From Candidatus Aminicenantes bacterium (GTDB taxonomy: Bacteria > Acidobacteriota > Aminicenantia > UBA2199): 64,000 nucleotides of DNA. Positions 28,381 through 37,897 of this stretch are shown piece after piece. The translations under genes and the position numbers were made by a program. The notes beneath the pieces are model-generated. The model was given only the letters and a program-made list of their open reading frames with translations. It did not search any database and was not told where the DNA came from. Position 1 is the stretch's first letter. Each line of letters opens with the position of its first letter. The stretch is taken from positions 5,317-69,316 of the forward strand of contig JAUWQW010000001.1 in NCBI GenBank assembly GCA_030610885.1, given 5' to 3'.

Positions 28381-31300
28381 ATGGATGTATATTTTGACAA
28401 ACTTGAACTGCATGGCTTTAAATCATTTCCTGAAAAAACTGTAATTAAATTTCACAGAGGTATAACTGCTGTTATTGGTCCTAATGGTTGTGGAAAAAGT
28501 AATATTGTTGATGCTGTTCTATGGGTTCTTGGTGAGCAAAGGATAAAAAATCTAAGAGGCGAAAATAATGCAGATTTAATATTTAACGGCAGCTTATCAA
28601 AAAAACCTCTTGGAATGACAGATGTGGGAGCTTTTTTTGTCAATCATGGTAAGCCATTATATATTGCAAGAAGATATTTTAGAACGGGTGAGGGTAAATA
28701 TATTTTAAATGAGAAGTTTTGTAGAAACAGGGATATACAAGATGTTTTGTTTGATCTTCATCTGGGAGGAAGAAATTATTTTATATTTGAGCAGGGAAGC
28801 ATACAGAAAGTTGTTTCATTGAAGCCTTCAGAGAAAAGAGCTCTTATTGAAGAAGCAGCGGGTATTTCTCAGTATTTAGAACGAAAACGGGGTACAGAAA
28901 ATAAATTGATTATTACAGAGCAGAATCTTGAAAATGTTGATGTGCTTATTGCTGACAAAAAAAGTAGATTGAGAGAATTAAGTAATCAGGTTAATTATAT
29001 ACAGAGATATCGCAAATTAAAAAACAAAAAAACTGATTTTTTGAAAGCCCTATTAAAGAAGAAATATGATTTTTATAAGAATGATTTTGAAACTGAAAAA
29101 TCAAAAGTAGAGAATTTTATAGACCAGGAAGCAGGTGTTGTCAAAGAAATTTCTTTCATTGAAAAAATATTATTGAATCTTGAAGAACAAAGGTGGGCAA
29201 TTGATAAAGATTTAAAGCAAAACCAAAAGGATTTTTTTATAATAAATGAGGGAATATTATCTTCGAAAAATGAGATCGAGAAATTAGATCAACAAAAAGG
29301 TTTTAATAGCCAAAAGATATTTGAAATAGAGAATTTAATAAAATCTAACAAGAAAGAGATTGTAAATTTAGAAGAAGAGGTTGAAGTTGGAGATGAAAAA
29401 ATAAATAAATTTAAATCCGAACTTGAGTTAGAGAATTCAACATATGATGGAATTAAATCTAAATTGTTGTTGTTAAATAAAAATTTAGAGAATTTTACTG
29501 AGCATGATTCTGAGATGAAATCTGACATTTTTAATACTCAAGTAGAGATTTCTAAGATTAAAAATAAAATTTATGAAATTGATAGAGGAATGGTTAGAAT
29601 TGAGAATGAGATTCAAAGTAAAGAGAAGTTTGTTGAAGAATTAAAGAATCAGATTAGTATTGATGATATAAAAAGGGTTGAAAGCAATTATAATGATTTA
29701 AATAAAAAATATAAAGAAAAAGGGGTTGATTTTACAAGAATTGAGACAGAATACAGAAAAAATGTTGAAAAAACTGAAGAATTTAGCATGAAATTGAAAA
29801 AATATGAGAATGAAATTGAGAATTACTTAAATCAAAAAAACAAGTACATTGAGATGAAGAAAAAGATCACTGAAGGTAATTTAGAAAATCCGGGTATTGA
29901 TAATTTTGGTTCTTTACAGGATTTAATTAAAGCAGAGAAAAGTCATTATAAATTACTTGAGAATTTTTATTATGATGAGATGGATTCTATAATAATTGGG
30001 CAAAATGAAGATGTTTTAAGTATAGATTTCAATAAATTTTTATTAAAAAATGATAAAAATGATAATATACCGATTGGAGTAGAAAAAGAAGAGGGTTTTG
30101 TATCATTTGTAAAGAATTTATTTGTTTTAAAAGATGAAAACTTAAAATCATATTTTAAAAATGGTGTACTTGTTGATGATTTGAGAAATGGAATAAAAAT
30201 ATTTGTAAAATATAGAATTAATGTTGTAACAAAAAACTCTGAAATAATTACATCAGATGGAATATTGATTAAAAGTAGAGAAAAAGGAATACTCGATATA
30301 ATTGCCGAAATTAGAGAGATAGATAAAAAAGTATCGGAATTAAAAAAAGAGTCAGAAACTTTAAAAACGAAATTTGAAAAAGAGAAATTAAAGGGAAAAG
30401 AATTAAAAGGAAAAATTGAAAGGGAAACCTTAGAATTAAGTAAATTGAAGGAAGAAGCTATTTTTTTGAAAACTCAGGTTGAATCAATGAAAAAAAATAG
30501 AGAAGACAACCTGAAAAGAGTTAAAATAAATAAATCTGAAATTGAATTGATTTTATTAGAAAAAAAGAAGAATCAGGATGAATTAAAATCAGCTATAAAA
30601 GAGCAGGATGCACTGGACAAGAAATATGAAGTGCTTGTTGATAAAAAAACCAGATTTGTTGAAAATGAGGAAAATACTAAAGATGAAATAAACAGAGTTG
30701 AAAAGAATTTATTAAAGAGAGAAAGTTCTATAAGTTTATTAAATGAAAAGATTAATTCTATTAATACTAATAATAACAGGTTGAAAGGAAATCGATCAAG
30801 GTTTTTAACAACTATTAAATTTAAAGAGAAAGAAGTTTTAAAACTCAACATAGATTTAGATGAAATTGATATAAAAAAGAAAAAAATAAATGAAAGCTTG
30901 GAAGGTTTGGAAATAAAAAAAGAAGATTTAGAAAATTTAATAAAAAAACAGGAACAAGATTTTAAAAATATCAACTCTAAAATAAAGGATAATTCTGAGG
31001 CTTTAACCATTAAGAGAAAGTCTCTTGAGCATATAAAAGATGATAAAAGCAGGATTGAAATCAGGATTTCATCAATAAAAAAAGATCTTTTCCAGCTTGA
31101 AGATCTATCCTTTAGGGAATTAAATACAGAATTAAAGAACATTGTGGGCTCTGTAGAAATGATGGGTTTAGAGATATCAGAGCTTGTGCAGAAAACTGAG
31201 CTTTATAATGAGAGATTAGCTAAAATGAGAGATAGCAACAAGCTGAATTTTTCAGCTGAATCCGAGCATGAAATTTTGTCAAAAGATTATAAATTCTTAA

Positions 31301-31863
31301 ATGCTCAAAAGGAAGATATTGTAAAATCAATTTGTGACATGAATGATGCAATAAAAAGGATAGATGAAGAGTCAAAAGAAAGTTTCTTTAAGGCATTTGA
31401 TGAAGTTAATAATAATTTTAAAAAAAATTTCCAAATATTATTTGAGGGTGGTGAATCTGAAATTAGTTTATTGGATAGAAATAATGTTCTAGAAACTGGG
31501 CTCGAGATAAAAGCTCAACCTCCTGGGAAGAAACTTCAAAGTTTAAGGCTACTTTCTGGAGGAGAAAAAGCCCTAACATCTTTAGCATTCTTATTTGCTT
31601 TGTTTGAGTATAGGCCTTCTCCTTTCTGCATTTTTGATGAAGTTGATGCATCTTTAGATGAGGCAAATATTCAAAGATTTCTTAAGTTTCTTCATAAACT
31701 AAAAGAAAAAACTCAATTTTTAATTATTACACATAATTTTAAGACAATGGAAGAAGCTGATTATATCTATGGTATAAGTATGGATGAAAATGGTGTTTCA
31801 ACAATTTATTCAACAAAAATGAAAGAATCAAAAAGGGAATTACTGCAAAAATCTAATAATTAA
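28381..31863 (+). CDS. smc: chromosome segregation protein SMC
   Basis: N-terminal LELHGFKSF and Walker A GPNGCGKSNIVDA. Long coiled-coil arms with a central hinge. The C-terminal signature LSGGEKALTSLAFLFALF, the D-loop FCIFDEVDASLDEAN and the H-loop ITHN are present. The ATG at 28381 (MDVYFDKLEL) is preferred over the GTG at 28360. Confidence 0.9.
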   Translation: MDVYFDKLELHGFKSFPEKTVIKFHRGITAVIGPNGCGKSNIVDAVLWVLGEQRIKNLRGENNADLIFNGSLSKKPLGMTDVGAFFVNHGKPLYIARRYFRTGEGKYILNEKFCRNRDIQDVLFDLHLGGRNYFIFEQGSIQKVVSLKPSEKRALIEEAAGISQYLERKRGTENKLIITEQNLENVDVLIADKKSRLRELSNQVNYIQRYRKLKNKKTDFLKALLKKKYDFYKNDFETEKSKVENFIDQEAGVVKEISFIEKILLNLEEQRWAIDKDLKQNQKDFFIINEGILSSKNEIEKLDQQKGFNSQKIFEIENLIKSNKKEIVNLEEEVEVGDEKINKFKSELELENSTYDGIKSKLLLLNKNLENFTEHDSEMKSDIFNTQVEISKIKNKIYEIDRGMVRIENEIQSKEKFVEELKNQISIDDIKRVESNYNDLNKKYKEKGVDFTRIETEYRKNVEKTEEFSMKLKKYENEIENYLNQKNKYIEMKKKITEGNLENPGIDNFGSLQDLIKAEKSHYKLLENFYYDEMDSIIIGQNEDVLSIDFNKFLLKNDKNDNIPIGVEKEEGFVSFVKNLFVLKDENLKSYFKNGVLVDDLRNGIKIFVKYRINVVTKNSEIITSDGILIKSREKGILDIIAEIREIDKKVSELKKESETLKTKFEKEKLKGKELKGKIERETLELSKLKEEAIFLKTQVESMKKNREDNLKRVKINKSEIELILLEKKKNQDELKSAIKEQDALDKKYEVLVDKKTRFVENEENTKDEINRVEKNLLKRESSISLLNEKINSINTNNNRLKGNRSRFLTTIKFKEKEVLKLNIDLDEIDIKKKKINESLEGLEIKKEDLENLIKKQEQDFKNINSKIKDNSEALTIKRKSLEHIKDDKSRIEIRISSIKKDLFQLEDLSFRELNTELKNIVGSVEMMGLEISELVQKTELYNERLAKMRDSNKLNFSAESEHEILSKDYKFLNAQKEDIVKSICDMNDAIKRIDEESKESFFKAFDEVNNNFKKNFQILFEGGESEISLLDRNNVLETGLEIKAQPPGKKLQSLRLLSGGEKALTSLAFLFALFEYRPSPFCIFDEVDASLDEANIQRFLKFLHKLKEKTQFLIITHNFKTMEEADYIYGISMDENGVSTIYSTKMKESKRELLQKSNN

Positions 31864-31914
31864 AAAGAAATTCTAAATCAATCAACTGAGTCTTTAATAT
31901 GATATAATTAATAT

Positions 31915-32445
31915 ATGAAATTTAAGGGTTATGTTCAGGTTTATACTGGTAATGGAAAAGGGAAGACCACCGCAGCTCTCGGACTTGCCCTTCGTGCAGC
32001 AGGAAATGATATGAGAACATACATTGCACAGTTCATGAAGAAAAGAGAGTATAATGAACTTATATCAATAAATAGATATCTAAATGAATATATTAAAATT
32101 GAGCAGTTTGGTTTACCTGAGTTTCATCACACAGGAGAAGAGCCCTCTAAAGAGGAAAAAAAGTGTGCTATGAATGGGGTTGAGGCTGTTAAAAAAGCAA
32201 TACATAGCAAAAAATATAATATTATTATTCTTGATGAAGTGAATGTGCTTCTGCATTTTAAAGTAATTGACAAAAAGTACATTTTGGAGATTATTGAAAG
32301 TAAACCAGAGAATATCGAGTTGATTTTAACAGGGCGTTATGCTCCTGAAGAGATAAAGGAAAAGGCTGATCTAATAACAGAGATGAAGGAGATAAAACAC
32401 TATTTTAAAGAGAATGTGCAAGCTAGAGAGGGAATAGAGAAATAA
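31915..32445 (+). CDS. cobO: cob(I)yrinic acid a,c-diamide / cob(I)alamin adenosyltransferase (CobO/BtuR family)
   Basis: The P-loop GNGKGKTTAALGLALRAAG and the conserved YTGRYAPEE and ILDE regions are present. 176 aa. Confidence 0.75.
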   Translation: MKFKGYVQVYTGNGKGKTTAALGLALRAAGNDMRTYIAQFMKKREYNELISINRYLNEYIKIEQFGLPEFHHTGEEPSKEEKKCAMNGVEAVKKAIHSKKYNIIILDEVNVLLHFKVIDKKYILEIIESKPENIELILTGRYAPEEIKEKADLITEMKEIKHYFKENVQAREGIEK

Positions 32446-32668
32446 ACCACTTATCTTGATTAATGTCATAAAAAATTGTAAAAATTTTTTTATTCTTACA
32501 CAGTACTTTAAACCAATGTTGTGTTTTGTGATTTAAAAATGAATCTTTTGTGCTTCTACTTAAAATTTTATCAATTGTGAATTCCTCATTTTTGTAAATG
32601 AATTTTAGGGGTTTCTCATAAAGTTTATAGCCTGAATAAGCAGACACATCAATCTCTTCTACTTTCAT
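32423..32668 (-). CDS. hypothetical small protein
   Basis: 81-aa ORF between cobO and the GYD-like gene. Its 3' end overlaps the cobO end. I recognise no motif. Confidence 0.3.
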   Translation of the reverse strand: MKVEEIDVSAYSGYKLYEKPLKFIYKNEEFTIDKILSRSTKDSFLNHKTQHWFKVLCKNKKIFTIFYDINQDKWFISLFPL

Positions 32669-32697
32669 CCAATGTGTTTAATTAAATATTATTGAAA

Positions 32698-32997
32698 CTA
32701 TTCAACCTTTTTTATCATACTTAGAAAATTAGACCAGTTCATAGCAGGCCAGGTCTCAACAGAAAGAGCTCCATTAGCTCTTGTAATCATAGAGACCTTT
32801 GAAGCTGTTTTATTATTTTCAGCCTCATAGATATCCATAAAGTCATATGGACCAAGTAGAGAATAGTGAGCAATCCATTTCACATCAGGGCACAGCCTGT
32901 CTACTTTTTTTTTCCATTCTTTTCCAATTGCTTCACGCCTTTTAAGATCTCCTGAGATTTCAGGAGTTAATTTTGTCATTAAAATATATAACTCCAT
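32698..32997 (-). CDS. GYD-domain family protein (probable)
   Basis: 99 aa. The pattern is LMTKLTPE...LLGPYDFMDIYEAEN...ANGALSVETW, with LTPE and G-x-YD at the positions expected for the GYD family. Confidence 0.45.
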   Translation of the reverse strand: MELYILMTKLTPEISGDLKRREAIGKEWKKKVDRLCPDVKWIAHYSLLGPYDFMDIYEAENNKTASKVSMITRANGALSVETWPAMNWSNFLSMIKKVE

Positions 32998-33163
32998 ATT
33001 ATTACCCCCAATAATTATAATAATTTAATTTTATAAAATATTCAATAAAAATAAATTTTATGTAAAAAATTGGATTTGGAAAACTTGGAAAGGAAGCTTT
33101 GGCTGCCCCTATAATATCTTTTAATATCATATTTTTTATGATAAAATCTTTTAGAGGAATGAA

Positions 33164-34507
33164 ATGTTAGAAAATTTATCAGGGAGATTTAATAAGGTCT
33201 TAAGATATTTGAAAGGTGAAGCAAAGATCACTGAAGATAATATAAAACAAGCACTTAGAGAGATTAAACTATCTCTATTGGAAGCTGATGTTAATTTCAA
33301 GGTTGTTAAAAATTTTATTGAAAATATAAGGGAAAAATCCCTGGGAAAAGAAGTCCAGGAGAGCTTAACTCCTTATCAGCAAGTAGTAAAAATTGTAAAG
33401 AATGAGTTAATTGAAATGCTTGGTTCTGAAGATAAAGAACTAAATAAATCTTCAAGAAAACCCTCAATTATTATGTTAGTAGGACTTCAGGGAACTGGTA
33501 AAACCACAACTGCTGGAAAATTAGCCCTTTATTTGAAAAATCAAGGTAAATCATCAATTTTATGCTCACTTGATTTGAAGAGACTTGCTGCAGGAGAGCA
33601 ATTAGAGATTATTGCAAAAGAGGTTGGTGTAAATTATTTTAAAACAGATTCCAACAACCTTAAAAATATAATAAAAGGAATAATGAAATCTTCAAGAGAA
33701 TATGGGTATGATTATGTAATAGCTGATACTGCTGGGAGACTTCATATTGATGAAGAGTTAATGAAAGAGTTGAAAAAAATAAAAGATATATTAAGTCCGG
33801 CTGAAGTGATCTTTGTTGCTGATTCTTTAACTGGTCAGGATGCTGTTAATTCAGCACAGAATTTTTCTGAAAAGCTTGGGATTGACTCTATAGCTCTCAC
33901 AAAACTGGATGCAGATGCAAGAGGTGGAGCAGCTCTTTCTATAGTAAGTGTAACAGGTAAACCAATAAAATTTATAGGTGTTGGAGAACACTATATAGAT
34001 TTTCAAAAATTTTATCCTGAGAGGTTAGCATCTAAAATTCTTGGAATGGGAGATGTGTTAACTCTGATTGAGAAAGCTGAAAAGGAATTTGATGAAAAAG
34101 AATCCGAGCTTATTGCTAAAAAGATGATGAGAGATGAATTTACTCTTGAAGATTTTAAGTTGCAATTAAATCGAGTTCAAAAACTTGGTTCAATAAGCGA
34201 TATTGTAGGTATGTTACCTAACATACCTGCAATGGGAATTGGTCAAAATATTAACAACAATCCAGATATTGATGATAAAAAAATAAAGCATTTATGTGCT
34301 ATTATAAATTCAATGACAAAAAAAGAAAGGCAAAAGCCAAAGATTTTAAATGGGAGAAGAAGACTGAGGATTTCAAAAGGTAGTGGGAGGCCTGTTCAGG
34401 AAATAAATCAACTTATTAGACAATTTTTAGATATGAAGAAATATATGAAAAAACCATTTTTTAGAAAGATGATAAAAAAATTTGACTTTTTATCAAAAAT
34501 GGGTTAA
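33164..34507 (+). CDS. ffh: signal recognition particle protein Ffh
   Basis: N domain, then the G domain with GLQGTGKTTTAGKLA, DTAGR and TKLD. The C-terminal M domain is Met/Lys-rich. The conserved ffh-rpsP context follows downstream. Confidence 0.95.
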   Translation: MLENLSGRFNKVLRYLKGEAKITEDNIKQALREIKLSLLEADVNFKVVKNFIENIREKSLGKEVQESLTPYQQVVKIVKNELIEMLGSEDKELNKSSRKPSIIMLVGLQGTGKTTTAGKLALYLKNQGKSSILCSLDLKRLAAGEQLEIIAKEVGVNYFKTDSNNLKNIIKGIMKSSREYGYDYVIADTAGRLHIDEELMKELKKIKDILSPAEVIFVADSLTGQDAVNSAQNFSEKLGIDSIALTKLDADARGGAALSIVSVTGKPIKFIGVGEHYIDFQKFYPERLASKILGMGDVLTLIEKAEKEFDEKESELIAKKMMRDEFTLEDFKLQLNRVQKLGSISDIVGMLPNIPAMGIGQNINNNPDIDDKKIKHLCAIINSMTKKERQKPKILNGRRRLRISKGSGRPVQEINQLIRQFLDMKKYMKKPFFRKMIKKFDFLSKMG

Positions 34508-34540
34508 ATTTATCATCTAATTTAAAGTGGAGAAAATTTA

Positions 34541-34783
34541 ATGGTATCAATTAGACTTACAAGAAAAGGAACAAAGCATAAGCCCCATTACAGAATTGTG
34601 GTAATTGAAAAGGAAAAGGCAAGAGACTCTAATTACTTGGATTTAATTGGATATTATAAGCCAATGTCTGATCCAGTAGAAATTAAGATTGATTTAGATA
34701 AATATAATGAATGGATAAAAAAAGGGGCAAAAGCATCTCAAACAGTAAAATCGTTAATAAAGAAAGTTAATTCTGATAATTAA
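34541..34783 (+). CDS. rpsP: 30S ribosomal protein S16
   Basis: [21 protein letters not shown] is the canonical S16 N-terminus. Confidence 0.95.
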   Translation: MVSIRLTRKGTKHKPHYRIVVIEKEKARDSNYLDLIGYYKPMSDPVEIKIDLDKYNEWIKKGAKASQTVKSLIKKVNSDN

Positions 34784-34793
34784 GGAGGACAAA

Positions 34794-35048
34794 GTGAAAC
34801 AACTTGTTGAAACAGTATGCAAAGCATTAGTTGACAATCCGGATGAGGTTAAGGTAACTCAGATTGATGGAGAGCAAACCACAATCTTAGAATTGAGAGT
34901 TAACCAATCTGATCTTGGAAAAGTAATTGGTAAGCAGGGTAGAACTGCAAGAGCTGTCAGAACAATTCTTGCTGCTGCTGGTATGAAGCAGAGAAGAAGG
35001 TTTAACTTAGAAATCATTGAAAATTTCGAAGATCGCGAAAAACGATAA
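34794..35048 (+). CDS. KH-domain RNA-binding protein (YlqC/UPF0109 family)
   Basis: KH motif [16 protein letters not shown]. Conserved position between rpsP and rimM. Confidence 0.85.
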   Translation: MKQLVETVCKALVDNPDEVKVTQIDGEQTTILELRVNQSDLGKVIGKQGRTARAVRTILAAAGMKQRRRFNLEIIENFEDREKR

Positions 35049-35054
35049 GATTAT

Positions 35055-35545
35055 TTGATTTTTTTCGGGAGAATTTCAAAAATTAGAGGAAATAAGGGGG
35101 AAGTTGTGTATACACTTTCCCCTGATTTTATTTCTCCACCCTGTAAGGAAGGGGAAGAGGTCATATTAAAATCTGAAAAACATAAAAAAAAAAACGAATT
35201 GAGTATATTAAAGTAATTCAGGGCATAAGGGTATTAAAATTCTTTGGTATAAACTCAATCAATGAAGCCTATAAACTTGTTGGATATTCGATTTGTAGTT
35301 TAAGTGAACCAGAAAGAAAAATTGAATGCAATAGTTTAATTGGTTTTAAAGTAAAAGATTTTAAAGGCGATTTATGGGGAACTTTGGAGAATATAAGAGT
35401 TAGTAGTTTAAATATAATTTTAGAGATTACATATAAGAATGATATTGTCTATGTTCCATTTAATGATATAATAAAGATTAATAAAAAAGAAAAATTAATT
35501 ATTATTGATCCTTCAGAAGGGTTAAAAGATTTAAATAAAAGATGA
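35055..35545 (+). pseudogene. rimM: ribosome maturation factor RimM, interrupted by a -1 frameshift in an A11 homopolymer (35184-35194)
   Basis: Frame 0 from TTG 35055 reads LIFFGRISKIRGNKGEVVYTLSPDFISPPCKEGEEVILKSEKHKKK, the RimM N-terminal beta-barrel. It then reaches a stop at 35214-35216. The -1 frame continues from the A-run as (K)RIEYIKVIQGIRVLKFFGINSINEAYKLVGYSICSL...LIIIDPSEGLKDL, the RimM PRC-barrel C-terminus. It ends at TGA 35543-35545, overlapping the trmD ATG. Confidence 0.7.
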
Positions 35546-36192
35546 ATTTCTCAATAGTTTCGATTTTTCCTGATATGCTAAAAAATTTTATTGCTTATGG
35601 TTTAATTGACAAAGCTATTGAAAAAAAATTGGTTAATATAGATGTTTATGATTTAAGGAATTTTACTACAAATAAGCATAAAAAGGTTGATGACAAACCC
35701 TTTGGGGGCGGTTCTGGAATGGTAATGAAGCCGGAGCCGTTTTTTAATGCTGTTAATCATATTCAAAAAAAAATGAAGGGAAAGGTTATTTTATTTTCTG
35801 CTTATGCTGAATTATTAACACAAAAAAAGGTAAAAGAACTCTCTGATGAAGATCATTTAATCCTTCTTTGTGGAAGATATGAAGGGGTTGATCAGAGGGT
35901 TATTGATGAGATTGTAGATGAGGAGATTTCAATAGGAGAGTATGTTTTAATGGGAGGAGAGGTTGCTGCTGAAGTTATTCTTGAAAGTGTGAGCAGGATG
36001 ATATATGGAGTTGTTGGAAATCCTGAATCTGTTAAAACTGATTCATTTTTTTATGATAATCAATTTGCATTTCCCCAGTATACACAACCAAGGGATTATA
36101 AAGATTTAAAAGTTCCTGAAGTTTTATTATCTGGAAATCATAGAGATATAATTGAGTGGAGGAAAAGAAATATAAAAAGGAGAAAAACATGA
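35542..36192 (+). CDS. trmD: tRNA (guanine37-N1)-methyltransferase
   Basis: MNFSIVSIFPDM, LLCGRYEGVDQRV, ISIGEYVLMGGE and LSGNH are TrmD (SPOUT) motifs. 216 aa. Confidence 0.95.
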   Translation: MNFSIVSIFPDMLKNFIAYGLIDKAIEKKLVNIDVYDLRNFTTNKHKKVDDKPFGGGSGMVMKPEPFFNAVNHIQKKMKGKVILFSAYAELLTQKKVKELSDEDHLILLCGRYEGVDQRVIDEIVDEEISIGEYVLMGGEVAAEVILESVSRMIYGVVGNPESVKTDSFFYDNQFAFPQYTQPRDYKDLKVPEVLLSGNHRDIIEWRKRNIKRRKT

Positions 36193-37844
36193 GAAAAATA
36201 GTAGAATGTGTGCCAAATTTTTCAGAAGGAAGAGATTTGTCCATTATTGATAAAATAACTACAGAAATAAAAAAAATTCCGGGCATTGTTCTTCTTGATG
36301 TTGACCCTGGAAAAGATACTAACAGGACTGTTGTGACTTTCGCAGGTTCTCCTGAGGGTGTTAAGGAAGCAGCTTTTCAAGCAATTAAAAAAGCAGCTGA
36401 ATTAATTGATATGTCTAAGCATTCAGGAGCACATCCAAGAATGGGAGCAACAGATGTTTGCCCGTTTGTACCTATTTCTGGAGTTACTATGCAAGATTGT
36501 GTTGAGATTGCAAAACATCTTGGAAAGAGAGTTGCAGAGGAGTTAAAAATACCTGTTTATCTATATGAAGAATCTGCAACTTCAGAGGAGAGAAAAAGCC
36601 TTGCATATTTAAGGGAAGGTGAGTATGAAGCTCTTTCTGAGAAATTGAAGACTGAAAAATATAAACCTGATTTTGGGAAACCAATATTTAATAGAGAATC
36701 AGGCGCAACTGCAATAGGTGCCAGAGAGTTTTTAATAGCTTACAATGTTAATTTGAATACAAGAGACGTTAAAATAGCAAGAAAAATTGCTAATCGTATT
36801 AGAGAGAAGGGTAGGACTATAAAAGATATTAAAACAGGTAAAAGAAAAAAAGTGCATGGAACACTTAAAAAAGTTAGAGCTGTTGGTTGGTATATTGAGG
36901 AATATAATATGGCTCAGATTTCTATAAACCTTTTGAACTATAAAATAACGCCTCTATACAGGGTCTTTAAGGAAGCAGAGAGATTTGCTGCAGAATTTGG
37001 TGTGAGAGCAACAGGTAGTGAACTGGTTGGATTAATTCCTCTTGAAGCGATTCTTGATGTTGGAAAGCATTACTTAATAAAACAGGGAGCTTCAACAGGA
37101 GTTTCTGAAAAAGAAATTGTAAGGACTGCAGTACAAAGTCTTGGGTTAAATGAAATATCAGAATTTAAAATGGAGCATAAAATTATTGAATACAGGTTTA
37201 AAAAGAAAGGAAAATTAGTATCAATGGGTTTATATGAATTTGCAAATGAATTAGCTTCTGATTCGCCTGCTCCTGGTGGAGGAAGTATTTCCGCTTTAAA
37301 TGGGGCACTGTCTGCTGGTTTGAGCTCAATGGTTGGAAATCTCACATATAATAAGAAAGGATATAATGAAGTAAGGGAAGAAATGATTAAAGCATCAGAG
37401 GATGCTCAAAAATTAAAAGACTTTTTTCTTGAAGCAATTGATAAAGATACAGAAGCTTTTAATATGATAATGGAAGCTTTTTCTTTACCAAAAAAGAGTG
37501 ATGAAGAAAAAGAATTAAGAAATGAAAAAATTCAAGAGGGAACAAAAAAAGCTACTTTAATTCCTTTTTCAGTTCTTGAAAAATCAAAAGAGGTTGTAAA
37601 ATTGGCTTTGTGTGTTGCTGAAAAAGGTAACAAAAATTCATTGTCAGATGCAGGAGTAGCAGGTTTGACTGCATCTGCTGCATCAGAGGGAGCTCTTTAT
37701 AATGTTATGATAAATCTTCAGAGTATTGATGATAAGGATTTTAAATCAAAATTAGCAAAAGAAGCTGTGCAGGTAAATAAAGAAGTTCAACAGGTTGTAA
37801 AAAAGATAAAAAAAGTATTAAATTCTGAGTTAAATATAGATTGA
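36189..37844 (+). CDS. bifunctional glutamate formimidoyltransferase / formimidoyltetrahydrofolate cyclodeaminase (FTCD-like)
   Basis: The N-terminus MRKIVECVPNFSEGRD is the formiminotransferase start. The C-terminal approximately 200 aa have the cyclodeaminase pattern (ASDSPAPGGGSISALNGALSAGLSSMV). The ATG at 36189 overlaps the trmD stop (ATGA). The track ORF begins 33 nt upstream. Confidence 0.75.
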   Translation: MRKIVECVPNFSEGRDLSIIDKITTEIKKIPGIVLLDVDPGKDTNRTVVTFAGSPEGVKEAAFQAIKKAAELIDMSKHSGAHPRMGATDVCPFVPISGVTMQDCVEIAKHLGKRVAEELKIPVYLYEESATSEERKSLAYLREGEYEALSEKLKTEKYKPDFGKPIFNRESGATAIGAREFLIAYNVNLNTRDVKIARKIANRIREKGRTIKDIKTGKRKKVHGTLKKVRAVGWYIEEYNMAQISINLLNYKITPLYRVFKEAERFAAEFGVRATGSELVGLIPLEAILDVGKHYLIKQGASTGVSEKEIVRTAVQSLGLNEISEFKMEHKIIEYRFKKKGKLVSMGLYEFANELASDSPAPGGGSISALNGALSAGLSSMVGNLTYNKKGYNEVREEMIKASEDAQKLKDFFLEAIDKDTEAFNMIMEAFSLPKKSDEEKELRNEKIQEGTKKATLIPFSVLEKSKEVVKLALCVAEKGNKNSLSDAGVAGLTASAASEGALYNVMINLQSIDDKDFKSKLAKEAVQVNKEVQQVVKKIKKVLNSELNID

Positions 37845-37897
37845 AATTTAGATTTCCTCAATTCAATGTAGATAGATATTTAAATAAGGGTTAGAAA

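Noticed and set aside
30573-31142. 189-aa minus-strand ORF inside smc
   Set aside because: Antisense to the SMC coiled-coil region. It is an S/F/L-rich low-complexity translation with no start context, so I take it to be an artifact of the K/E-rich repetitive sense strand.
33084-33115. Possible sigma-70 promoter upstream of ffh (TTGGAA ... TATAAT)
   Set aside because: The -10 hexamer TATAAT at 33110-33115 is good. The best -35-like hexamer gives a 19-nt spacer, and the spacer is GC-rich. Too uncertain to report as a feature.
35049-35541. Region between the KH-protein gene and trmD, first considered a non-coding gap because no ORF of 60 aa or more is listed
   Set aside because: It is not empty. 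It encodes rimM in two frames, and the downstream part has no Met and so is missed by the ORF track. Reported as a frameshifted gene instead.
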